From Octopus vulgaris (lineage: Eukaryota), in assembly GCA_951406725.2 (NCBI GenBank), contig OX597814.1:138694001-138758000 (forward strand): 64,000 nucleotides of DNA, written 5' to 3'. A program made the translations under genes and the position numbers. The notes beneath the pieces are model-generated. The model had not been told where the DNA came from. It did no database searches and saw nothing but the letters and a program-made list of their open reading frames with translations. Shown here piece after piece: positions 28,839 to 40,558 of this stretch; position 1 is the stretch's first letter; each line of letters opens with the position of its first letter.

Positions 28839-30749
28839 CACGACAGATTTCCATGCAATATCTGTCTACCAAATTCGTTTACAAAACAATAGTCGCCGTG
28901 GGGTGGTGCTATCGTAGAACACACTTGCCCAAGGTGCTGCGCGATGAGACAGAACCTGAAACCACATGGTTGCAAAGCGAGCTTCTTAACCGTACAACCA
29001 CCCTTGCACCTCTATATAGAGGTTAAGGATAAAAAGTAACAAAAACAAGTACAACGTTTATACCATAGCACATGTCACAATAACAACATGTAACACTATA
29101 CCCACACAGCTACAGCAAATAAACAAACGCTAAAATCAAGAGTTTTCCGAAATCAGCCACCAAAATCCACACCGAATACAAATCGTAAAATGCATATCTT
29201 CCCGTAGAGTATGATTTCGAACCCTCCTTTCGATTAAGTAGAAAAAAAAACGAAAACAATACGGACATCTAAAAATTCAAAAGTTATATGAGCAGGTAGA
29301 TATCACAAACTTACGTCCCAGAACTGGCTCTCACAATGTTTAAAATAGCACCCACAAAATTCCCAGTCGCCTTTCTTACCAGTTACATAAGAGGACGTGA
29401 AATACGACCAACTTTCACACTCCAAAACATAAACATACCACAACGCTTACCCACACACACACATACACATACACAAACACGTACACACAAAAGGTAAAAC
29501 TTCTAGTAATTGCAGCATTTACCACATAGATAGATGCAGTAATGAAAACAAAACGACGCACAAACACAATTAAAGCAATCGGAGCTATAATATTTGGTCA
29601 ACAGAAACGAACTACAACAATGTTACAACACATGAGTTCCATCATGGATTATGTCAGCGCTATCTAGGCTCCAATCCTCCCACAATAAAACGACAAAGCA
29701 CAGAAAATTGAGCACTGCTCATTATAGCAAGCTGCACAGTGATAAAAAATACAGGATAAAAAATACTAGAAATTAATGAGCATCTGGATATATACATGGG
29801 CTCATTTTGTTACTGAGGGAAACTTCAGACCTTAGAGGTCCTATTAGGATAGGTCGTGAAAATCACTTCCATACACACAGAGCACTACAAATTATTAAAA
29901 CATTCTAAAAACAATAGCTCTTCCGGACAAACATGAGGAACACATGCGTACATAAATAACCGTAACATTAATAACTTCAGTGGTTCTATACACTTTACTG
30001 GGATGCACACCATTGACAATATGCTCAAAGAGCAGCAACAGTCCTACTCTTAACTCGTCCCATTTGACCACGTCCGCTGTGGTCACCACAAGAATCTTAC
30101 GGCCGGACAGAAATAGAGCGGACAGAGTGCAACCTCGTCCTGCACCCATACTATACATCAGTGCATGTTGCAGTGAGCAGATTCGTCCTCAACGAAGCAG
30201 AGGAGTTAAACATGGTTTAATATGGTTTAACATGGAAGATGGATCTGAAAGTCACACCTCATTGTTCGGTCGAAATACCTGTCTCTATGAGAGAATCGAT
30301 CGATCGAGGCTGACCTGGGGCTAAACAACATTTACAGCAATAACAACAACATACAGACTTTTCAGTGAACGAAACGTGATTATCATTTTGTAAAAGCCAT
30401 TGTGTGTTATTTTTTCATTAATAAAGTAAAATAATTATATTTTCATCGAAGCAACTAGATAATCAGTCACATAGACCTAAGGTATACAAAAACAACACAC
30501 ACATACACACCTACACATCCACACATTCATACACACACACACACACACACACATAAACACAAACAAACAAACACACAAACACTTGTGCTAGCACCCAATG
30601 CATAGGTACGGGTACACAGCAGTTGAAATAAAATACAGGATCCTATGAACGCATGAGATTTGTTTATGTTTGCAATAATGACACCATTAAAAACAATGCT
30701 GTCACACACACATAGAGACATACTCCCATACAAATATTCATGTCATATG

Positions 30750-30795
<46 letters not shown>

Positions 30796-30796
30796 G

Positions 30797-30841
<45 letters not shown>

Positions 30842-31022
30842 CATATATATATGCATACATACATACATATATATGTATACATATACATATATTTATATAT
30901 ATATATACATAAATGCACGTATGTATATGTGGTAATATAAAGTACTATGTATGCGTATATAGACAGACAGACAGACAGATTGATAGATAGTTAGACATAT
31001 AGATAGATAGATAGATAGATAT

Positions 31023-31066
<44 letters not shown>

Positions 31067-31172
31067 ATAGATGTGTTCGTACCAATGCGCGAGGGCATGT
31101 ATGTATATATCACAAGTGCGTAGACATATGGACTGTATACATGCATCAACACAAACAGATGCATATATATAC

Positions 31173-31215
<43 letters not shown>

Positions 31216-31573
31216 TGTGTGTGTATGTATGTATATATATATATGTATGATATTATATATAAAACAATTATAAAATTTACTACCACAAGTATATAAAAAG
31301 TTACAAGAAATACTTCTACTTCTCTCTCTCTCTCTCTCTCTCTCTCTTTAATTGTCATTTTCTCTCCGTTTTTGATTCTTACTCTATTCGTTAATTCATC
31401 CATCCATCTGTCCTTCTACCCATCCAATCCGTTCGTCCTTCCATCCATCCATTCATTTATTCATTCATTCATTCATTCCATCCTTTTTTTTTTTTCATCT
31501 CTCGCATTCTCTAATTCTCTTCCATTTATTAAAACTCTTTTGTTTTTGGTCCATAATTAATGAAAGTACCTAC

Positions 31574-31648
31574 CCGCATAGTACTGGCACTGAAGAATAG
31601 AGCAGCTCCAATTAGGATGAATAACGTCAATTTACTTGTAGTCCACAT
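31574..31648 (-). CDS. Probable first coding exon (signal peptide) of an unidentified host gene
   Basis: ATG...MWTTSKLTLFILIGAALFFSASTMR followed directly by the donor-like GTAGGT (alternative donor 4 nt further on); non-repetitive within the window. Confidence 0.6.
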
Positions 31649-31774
31649 GTCCGAATTACCACATTCAGTAGATTCTCTCTTTCCGTCTCTCTCTCTCTCT
31701 CTCCCTCTCTCCCTCTTTCTCACTCTTTCACTAACGAGGATAAAACATCTGGGAGACCTTGTATATATATTTAC

Positions 31775-31824
<50 letters not shown>

Positions 31825-32254
31825 GTGAAGTTGCTATATATATTGATAGTCAGCCGTCTTAACTCTCGGCTTTCTTTCTCTTTCTGCTTAATACAAGAAA
31901 CAAATCAACCGCTTTTCCCTGTTTGCCGGAAACTTCTAGTGTAATACGCATTCTTTTGTAATTGGATTAAGTTAACTTCAACCAAACTAAACGTATTGGA
32001 AAAATATACTCCTCCTTCTACTCATTCTTTCGCGCTGTACATATTTGTGTGTGTCTCGCCCTCTCTTTCTCTTTCTCTTTCTCTTTCTCTATATCTCTGT
32101 TGTGTCTGTTTCTCTTCCCATCTCTCATTATTTCGCTGCTCACACATTCTCTCTCTCTCTCTTTCACACACACGTTCTTTCCTGTTATCATTTTTACTAT
32201 CGCCCTGTCTCTTACTCACATGTGCATCTAAACAGCTGTGCATGCTCACATATG

Positions 32255-32327
<73 letters not shown>

Positions 32328-32523
32328 GTATATATTTATATATATATATATATATATATACATACATACATATATATATATATACATACATATATATGTA
32401 TATATACATACATACATATATATGTATATACATACATATATATGTATATATACATACATATATATATATATACATACATATATATGTATATATACATACA
32501 TACATATATATGTATATACATAC

Positions 32524-32557
<34 letters not shown>

Positions 32558-33031
32558 TATATATAAAGTATATATATATATATAATATATATGTATATAA
32601 TATATATATATATGTTTGTGTGAGCGTGTTTTTATATGTGTGTATGTGGGTGTGTATACACACACAGGCGCACACACATATATATATACACTTATATGAA
32701 TGTATATGTGCAGGTGTATATACATATGAGTGAGTGTATGAGCATGTGCATGTATGTATGTATATGTGTGTATATGTGTGTATACGTGTGTGTGTGTATG
32801 TGTGTGTGTGCGTGTGTGCATGTGTGTGTGCATAATTGTGCTTCTTTCGCACTTTATGTTTTTATTTTCCCCTGATTGCTCCGGTGAACTCCACCCCTTA
32901 TCATTTTATGATTCAAATCCGATTTCTCTCCCATTTCCTCTTTCTATCGGTTTCGCTTCCATAGCTCCTTTTATCGCAGCCTTCTTCACATTCTTCTATA
33001 TTTTCACTCTCAGTTCCTTTTCCGTTGTTTT

Positions 33032-33091
<60 letters not shown>

Positions 33092-33429
33092 CGTTTGCTG
33101 TGATTGTTACAGTTGTTGTCGATGTCCCTCCTTCTTTCGTCAGCTTTCCCTTTCAAATCTGCTCCCACTCCTTCTTCTTCTTCTTCTTCTTCTTCTTCTT
33201 CTTCTTCTTCATCTTCTTCTTCTTCTTCTTCTTCTTCTTCTTCTTCTTCTTCTTCTTCTTTATTCCTTTTCTCTTCCCCATCATCTTCCTCGCCCTCTTC
33301 CTCTTCTAGCTTCAGGTTCAGCAAGCCCTTTCTCTGCCCCCCACCACCACCACTACCACCACTACCACCACCACCACTCCTTTTAAACTAGCTTTCGTCT
33401 CTTTAGTTGCTTCCATTTCGTTCGTTCGA

Positions 33430-33830
33430 TTTCATATGCATCAACCAATCCAGCGGTGCGCGAACGAATGAGCGAACAAGTGAACAGGCGAACAAGCGAA
33501 CAAGCGAACAAGCGAACTGCTCCTACATATTAAAAGCTGAAAAGCGACACATGCAGTCATGCAGTCAGGCAGGCAGGCAGGCAGGCGGGTAGGCGGACAG
33601 GCAGGTTTGTGAATTATACGGTTCGCATGCAGGATAAAGAACGGTTCTCCGTCCAGCCCCGTTCAAACAGTGTTTAACTTTGAACATGCTGAATCAGCTG
33701 CAGATGTAGAAGGAGATAATCATGTTTAATCGGCTTACAGAAACCTTAGCGAATTTACAAACCAACATCGGTTACAGTTTATAAATAAGGTCCGAAACAA
33801 TGCAAAACAGACGCGCGCGCGTTCTCAGTC
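33430..33830. promoter_or_regulatory. Candidate promoter / 5' regulatory region
   Basis: CpG-richer non-repeat island with CCAAT, (gcgaacaa)n and cgcgcgcgcg, ~2 kb upstream of the putative signal-peptide exon. Confidence 0.3.
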
Positions 33831-34349
33831 ATATGCACACATAAACATATATACATATATCAGACAGACACACGCACATACACATACATACATACATACA
33901 TACATACATACATACATACATACGTACGTACATACATACATACATACATACATACATACATACATACATACATACATACATACGTACATACGTACGTACG
34001 TACATACATACATACATACATACATACATACATACGTACATACATACATACAAACATACATACATACATTTCTTTTTTTATTCTTTTACTTGTTTCATTC
34101 GCGGACATATTGCCATGCTCGAACCAATCGACCCAGTTACTTAATTTACTTATTCAATCGATCGGTTATTTTCGAAATTCTTGATTAGGGACGTAAACAA
34201 ACTTGCAGCGGTGAGGAAATAAGCACAAAGACGTGCACATGTAAAGACACAAACACACACATATACATACATATATAAATACATACATACATGCATTCAT
34301 ACGTAGGTACGTACATAAACACACACACACTCACTCACACATACACATA

Positions 34350-34525
34350 TAGTTTACAGAAAACAAGACGAAGACAGGTGAAAGAACAACAAGCAGGTGT
34401 ATTAGTTTGACGCTCAGGAAGAATTGAAAAGTTTTTGACGTTTCGAACCTAAGCTCTTCAACAGAAGGTATTAAGAGGAGGAAAAACGGAGGAAGAAAAA
34501 TATGTGTCGGGAATAACGGTTTAAG
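34350..34525 (-). mobile_element. pLTR module (A6U hammerhead family)
   Basis: Reverse complement cttCTGTTGA-A-GAGC-ttag-GTTC-GAAAC-GTC-aaaa. Confidence 0.75.
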
Positions 34526-34663
34526 ATGGTATGTATGTATGTATGTATGTATGTATGTATGTATGTATGTATGTATGTATGTATGTATGTATGTGTGTGT
34601 GTATGTATGTATGTATGTATGTATGTATGTATGTATGTATGTATGTATGTATGTATATATGTA

Positions 34664-34696
<33 letters not shown>

Positions 34697-35229
34697 ATAA
34701 GCTAAGGGACAATGGTGCTGCATTGTGGGACTGAACCTGAAGCCACATAGTTGCGAAGCGAGACTCTTTTTTACACAACAGCGTCAGCGCCTAATCTTTG
34801 GATTGAAAACTATGCCACCACCGAACTGTATGCCAAAGGCTCGCAGTTTTTCACTACTTTGAAGTCTGCAAGGTGTATATGTTGGTGCATTAAAAGTACA
34901 AATAATGTTTTTCCTGCGATACCCAGTGACTCCACGTCACACAAAAATTGCTACAAAAGGTGGAGTTGCCCAAACTCTCATTCACCAAAGCCAAAAACGA
35001 AGAGAGCGATCTTCAAATACAATGAAATAAACTATCGCCAATTGTGGTACTGCAACATAGCCTCAGCCTCTGGTGTTTACCGGACCTTTAAGTCTCGCCT
35101 GATGACTTTTTCAGCCATTCTCGCTTAAAGTCAGACAGTTGTGCGAAACTTTAAATACCCCGTACTGAGTTGTCCAATAAATAAACTTTCTGTTGTTGTC
35201 ATTAAACCTTTTTTTTTTAAAAAGTAACA

Positions 35230-35892
35230 GCTTCTGATAGAGGCACAAGACCTAACTCTTTGGGGAGTAATCGATAACATCGACCTCAGTACTCGACTGG
35301 TACTTTATTTTATTGACTTTGCTGGGATGAAAGGCAAAGTTATCCTCGGTTGTATTTGGACTCAAAATCGAAAGATTTGGAATAAATAGCGCAAACAATT
35401 TTTTATCTGACGCTCTATTAATTCTGCCATTTCACAGCACCAACCTGCTTTAAAATAATCCTTTCTACTATAGGTACAAAGCCTGAAATTTGCAAGGAAG
35501 AGATTAGTCGATTACATCAACTCCATTACTTGACTGGTACTTATTTATCGATCCCGATAGGATAAAAGACAAAGTCGGTCTCTGCAGAATTTGAACTCAG
35601 AAAGTAAAGGAGAACAAAATGCCGTTAAGCATTTTGTCTGGCGTTCTAAAGTCTTTGCCAGCTTGCCTTAACCTGCTTTAAAATATGGATTTCAAATTTT
35701 GAGCACAAAGCCAGCAATTTAAGGGGTCGGATAATTCGATTACATCGAACCCAGTGTTCAACTGGTACTTACTTTATCGATCTCAAATAGACGAAAAGCA
35801 AGGTCGACCTCGGTAGAATTTGAACTCAGAACGGATGAAGTGCTGCTATACAATTTGCCCGACGTTCTAACGATTCTGCCAGTTCGCCGCCT
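35230..35892 (-). mobile_element. Three consecutive SINE B-type copies with different tails
   Basis: Three bodies, each followed by aa(c/t)ctgctttaaaata (35442, 35670, 35894). Confidence 0.85.
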
Positions 35893-36444
35893 TAATCTGC
35901 TTTAAAATAGCATCAATTTAATAATGACTAAGGTCATGGTGGGACGCCGCCTTGAGGACTTTTAGCTGAACGAATCGGCTCCAGTACTTATTTTAAGTCT
36001 GGTACTTATATTTGTACATATATTACACACACACACACACACACACGGTTCCCGTCTACAAAATCCACTCACAAGACCAGACACTTGCCCAAGATATCTG
36101 GGAGCGGTGTAACTGAACCTAGAACTGTGATTGAGACATAAACTTCTTATCACAAAGCCACGCCTTTATACATACATACAGACAGACAGACAGACATGTA
36201 TGTATGTATGTATGTACGTATGTATGTACAGATGTATATATTCCCATCATTTTAATCTCTAAGTTCAAACCATGTGATTGGGAAAAAAGCTTCTTATCAG
36301 ACGGCCCACCTTTATAAATTGTTATTAAGAGTCATATCTTTAAGTATTTCATCTTTCTGTTAATTCAGAATCAACGATGGTCTTTTGGCAGATTTGAATG
36401 ATTAAGAATTAACAACGTCCGCTGGACTCTATGGATATATTATT

Positions 36445-37745
36445 ACTTCTAATGTTATCACCAGTCCGAATACGCTAGATGCACGTTCGAACAGGGGAAT
36501 AAGCTGCTCACTAAGTTTGTCGTAGAGAATATATCTTGCTTGTTGACAAATGGCGTGTATACACCTAGATCAGCTCGCAGCGCTATCTACAGAGACTGTG
36601 AGATGTTAGCATTTAGGAGTAGTTATCTTCTCATCGGCCACAGACACTAAGCAGACGACACTACGAGCTGAATTAAAAGATTATTTCTCTTATGCTTTTT
36701 CAGTCACTGTACGACGACTGGCAGCGTTATTCGGCGACTCACCGTAAATAATTTTACGGAGGGGTCGAACGTGATTCAAGCATATTCGGACTCATAATAA
36801 CATCGCGATTTTACTTATCACTACTTAATGCTCCTCGTCCGTAATTTATTTACGGTGAGCCGCCGTATAGCGCTGCCAGTCATCATAGGGTGATTGGAAA
36901 AGCAAAAGAGAGATAATCTCTTCATTCAGCTCGTAGTGTCGTCTGTTTAGTGTCTGTGACCGATGAGACGGTAACTACTCCGAAATGCTAGCTCTCCCAG
37001 TCTAGGTAGATGGCGCTGCGAGCTGATCCAGATGTATACACACTATTTGTTATCAAGGGAAATATAATCTTCGTGACAAAGACGGCGAGCTGGCAGAAAC
37101 GTTAGCACGCTGGGCGAAATGCGTAGCCGTATTTCGACTGCCGTTACGTTCTGAGTTCAAATTCCGCCGAGGTCGACTTTGCCTTTCATCCTTTCGGGGT
37201 CGATAAATTAAGTACCAGTTACTCACTGGGGTCAATATAATCGACTAAATCCGTCTGTCTGTCCGTTTGTCTCCTCTGTGTTTAGCCCCTCGTGGGTAGT
37301 AAAGAAATAAGTATTTCGTCTGCCTTTACGTTCTGAGTTCAAATTCCGCCGAGGTCGACTTTGCCTTTCATCCTTTCGAGGTCGATTAAATAAGTACCAG
37401 TTACGCACTGGGGTCGATATAATCTACTTAATCCGTTTGTCTGCCGTTACGTTCTGAGTTCAAATTCCGCCGAGGTCGACTTTGCCTTTCATCCTTTTGG
37501 GGTCGATAATTTAAGTACCAGATTCACACTGGTGTCGATGTAATCGACTTAATCCCTTTGTCTGTCCTTGATTGTTCCCTCTATGTTTAGCCCTTTGTGG
37601 GTAGTAAAGAAATATATATTCTTCGTGACAAAACGCAATGAGTAGCTTGCTCCCCAGTTCGAACATGCATCAAGCATGTTCTAACTGATAATAAAATTGC
37701 AAATTTATTTATCACTGCTTAGCGCTTCCCCTCCGTAATTATTAT
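36445..37745. repeat. Inverted plus partial tandem arrangement of a ~370-bp unit, interrupted by a SINE trimer
   Basis: 36478-36765 is the reverse complement of 36838-37080 joined to 37633-37671; 36766-36850 recurs directly at 37658-37742. Confidence 0.85.
37081..37619 (+). mobile_element. Trimeric SINE family B insertion with a 13-bp TSD
   Basis: One full plus two head-truncated units; tcttcgtgacaaa at 37068-37080 and 37620-37632. Confidence 0.9.
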
Positions 37746-37759
37746 TATTGTCAATAGAC

Positions 37760-38125
37760 AGACATGGCTGTGTGGTTAAAAAGCTCGCTGTGCAACCAGA
37801 TTATTTTGAATTCTGTCCCACTGTGCGGCACCTTGAGCAATTACATTCTGTTGTAACCCTGGGTTGACCAATACTTTTGAGTGAATTTGGTGGACGAAAA
37901 TTGTGTAGAAACCCATTGTAAATATAGATGTGTGTGTCTTCGTGTTTGTTTATCCCCCCACCACCACTTCACAAACGGTTCTGGTTTGTTTACGTCCCTG
38001 TAACTTACCCGTTCGGCAAAAAAAGGCTAGACTTAAAAAGTAGCTCTTGAGGTCGATTTCTTCGGCTAAATGCTTCAAGACAGTCCCCCAGTATGCGTGC
38101 AGTGGAATGACTGATAAAAGATAAA
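37760..38125 (+). mobile_element. SINE family A
   Basis: catggctgtgtggttaaaaagctcg...cccagtatgcgtgcagtggaatgactga. Confidence 0.8.
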
Positions 38126-38959
38126 AGGAGACACATAGTCTCTAATTTAAGCATTATTTTCGGCGTCGTTTATGTGGTAGAAAGACCTGATTAGTGTCTA
38201 GTTTGGGGGGATGACCGTATCTATGCTGTTTGATAGACTTGATTCTTTCCCTTTACGTTAGCCGCTCTAGCATTTGGAATAGAAGCCTTATTATTTTACG
38301 AAACCATTTCTCCTCGATATCACTAACTGTCCTTTTCTCTCATGACTTCTCTTATAATCTCTTCTCTGATGTTTTATCATTCTCGCTGTGCTACATGATT
38401 CAATTTTCCTTTTGATTTGTTGAAAAATTCGATTTCATTTTACGTCGTATTTTTTTCTTCTCTTCATATTTTACTTCTAAATTGTTTCAACTTTTATTCT
38501 TTTCACGGTCGATTCTCTACAATTATTGCTTTATTATTACTTCAATTATCAAGGTGGTAAACTGGTACAATCAATAACACATCGGACAAAAAAACGAAAA
38601 GAACTGCATAGCGGCATTTTTCTGCTTTTACGACCCGGGTTCAAATTCAGCCGAGATTGAATTTAGCCTTTCATCCTTTCGGCGCGAATGTAATAATTAC
38701 CACTTAAGTACTGGTACCAATGTAGTCGACTGGCTTCTTTAAAATTTCATGCCTGATTCCTAAAGCAGAAGGGATTATTGTTTGCTTGTATCTAATTACC
38801 TGCGAAGATTTCCTTTATCTTCTCGAAACAAAATTTTGCTCGATTCCTTTGCACGATTTAACTTTCACTCGTTCAATTAATAACTCTTGTGTGAGTTTAA
38901 AACGCCATGTTAGTATTGAACTTTAAGTTCTGTATATGAATTTGTTTGTACTCTTTTTC

Positions 38960-39270
38960 TTTTCCTTGTTTCAGCCATTAGACTGCGGCCATGTTGTGAC
39001 ACCTCTTTGAAGAATTTTAGACGAACAAATCGACTCCAAGGCTTACTTTTTTTTTGTAAGCCTGTTGCTTATTCTATCGGTCTCTTGTTGAACAGCTAAG
39101 TTACGGGGGACGTAAACACACCGACACCTGGGACAAATACAGCCACATAGAAACATACACACATATAAGACGGGCTTTTTCGTGTTTTCGTCTACAAAAC
39201 CCACTCGCAAGACATTGGTCGGCCCGAAGATACAGTAGAATACCCTCCCACCAAGTGCCACACAATGGCA
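38960..39270 (-). mobile_element. SINE family A, head-truncated
   Basis: Homology to 16184-16605. Confidence 0.75.
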
Positions 39271-39339
39271 CCTTAATAGTATGTATTTATATATATGTGA
39301 TATATATGTATACATACATACATACATATATATGTATGG

Positions 39340-39631
39340 ATATCACGTGACCGACCAGACCATCAGATGTTGTTACACATCGCTTGTCACAATGCGTTTG
39401 TTTTAGCCTTCGAATGACGCCACCTCGCTGGCTAAGCGAGCAGGACAACAGAAGAAAGAGTGGGAGAAAGAGTGGTGAAAGAGTACAGCAGGGATCCCCC
39501 CCCCTGCCGGATCGTCGTGGAGCTTTTAGGTGTTTTCGCTCAATAAACACTCACAACGCCCGGTCTGGGAATCGAAACCGCGATCCTACGACCGCGAGTC
39601 CGCTGCCCTTGCTGGGCCATTGCGCCTCCAC
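39340..39631 (-). mobile_element. tRNA-derived SINE family C
   Basis: Homologous to 10800-11078; B-box-like ggtttcgattccc on the minus strand. Confidence 0.85.
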
Positions 39632-39650
39632 ATGTATGTATGTATGTATG

Positions 39651-39685
<35 letters not shown>

Positions 39686-39687
<2 letters not shown>

Positions 39688-39739
39688 CAAAAACTGTCTG
39701 ATGAACGGCAACGAGAAACTCAGAGTAACAGATTTTGTT
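39686..39739 (+). ncRNA. Compact type-I hammerhead ribozyme, canonical core
   Basis: aacaaaaactgt-CTGATGA-A-CG-GCAA-CG-A-GAAAC-tcaga-GTA-acagattttgtt; 11 of 12 bp stem I, GNRA loop II. Confidence 0.85.
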
Positions 39740-39763
39740 GAATTTTCTGCTGCTTAAAATAAA

Positions 39764-39811
<48 letters not shown>

Positions 39812-39814
<3 letters not shown>

Positions 39815-40013
39815 GTTAATCCAAACATGAAAACACAAAGAGAAAACACAACAACGCGAGGACGTGGAACAAATATAGTATTATTGGACGCTCAGAAAGG
39901 AAGGGAAGAAGGAGGATTTAACGTTTCGAGCGGAGCTCTTCGTCAGAAACATAGGAAAAGGAAAGATCCAGAGAAGGGAAGACGGAGGAAAAAAATCGCC
40001 AATAGTACACATT

Positions 40014-40015
<2 letters not shown>
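39812..40015 (-). mobile_element. pLTR module with minimal hammerhead (CTGACGA family)
   Basis: Reverse complement tttCTGACGA-A-GAGC-tcc-GCTC-GAAAC-GTT-aaa. Confidence 0.8.
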
Positions 40016-40056
<41 letters not shown>

Positions 40057-40185
40057 TAAAAAGAATTCCAACCATGTCTGATTTTCACGTTTTATTTACA
40101 ATCTTATAATGATATATTATAAGATAATATATTATAATTGAATAAAATAAAATGAAATAGTAGAATGTTAAATATTCATTCTGAT

Positions 40186-40230
40186 TGAACTAGTACTTTC
40201 ATGCATTGAATTCTGCAATCTTCGGGTTCA
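40186..40230 (-). ncRNA. Hammerhead variant (U4C core) downstream of a CCAAT/TATA cluster
   Basis: tgaac-CCGAAGA-T-TGCA-gaattcaa-TGCA-T-GAAAG-ta-CTA-gttca; three ccaatcag-type boxes at 40349-40407 and tataaata at 40294-40301. Confidence 0.7.
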
Positions 40231-40421
40231 TGTAGTAGTGTTGACAGTCATGCTTCACAATTTTTGACTGTAGCAAGATGAGTGATTCTGTGCTATAAAT
40301 ACAGCTGGGTAGGCTCCAGAGTGCTAGGTTTTGCAAACTGTATTCTGACCAATCAGTGTGTAGTATCACTCAATTACTTAAGCTGATTGGTTGGTTGAGC
40401 TGATTGGTTTAGGCATCACGC

Positions 40422-40514
<93 letters not shown>

Positions 40515-40558
40515 ATACACAGGTGCAGGAGTGGCTGTGTGGTAAGAAGCTTGCTTCC

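Noticed and set aside
29895-30350. ORFs 29895-30158 and 29980-30324 as host exons
   Set aside because: No motif recognised; the region ends in a ggggctaaacaac..(aac)n retroposon-like tail, so it is probably a decayed repeat.
37081-37619. CRISPR-like or tRNA-gene array
   Set aside because: The units are SINE bodies with no unique spacers, the context is eukaryotic, and the heads do not form complete cloverleaves.
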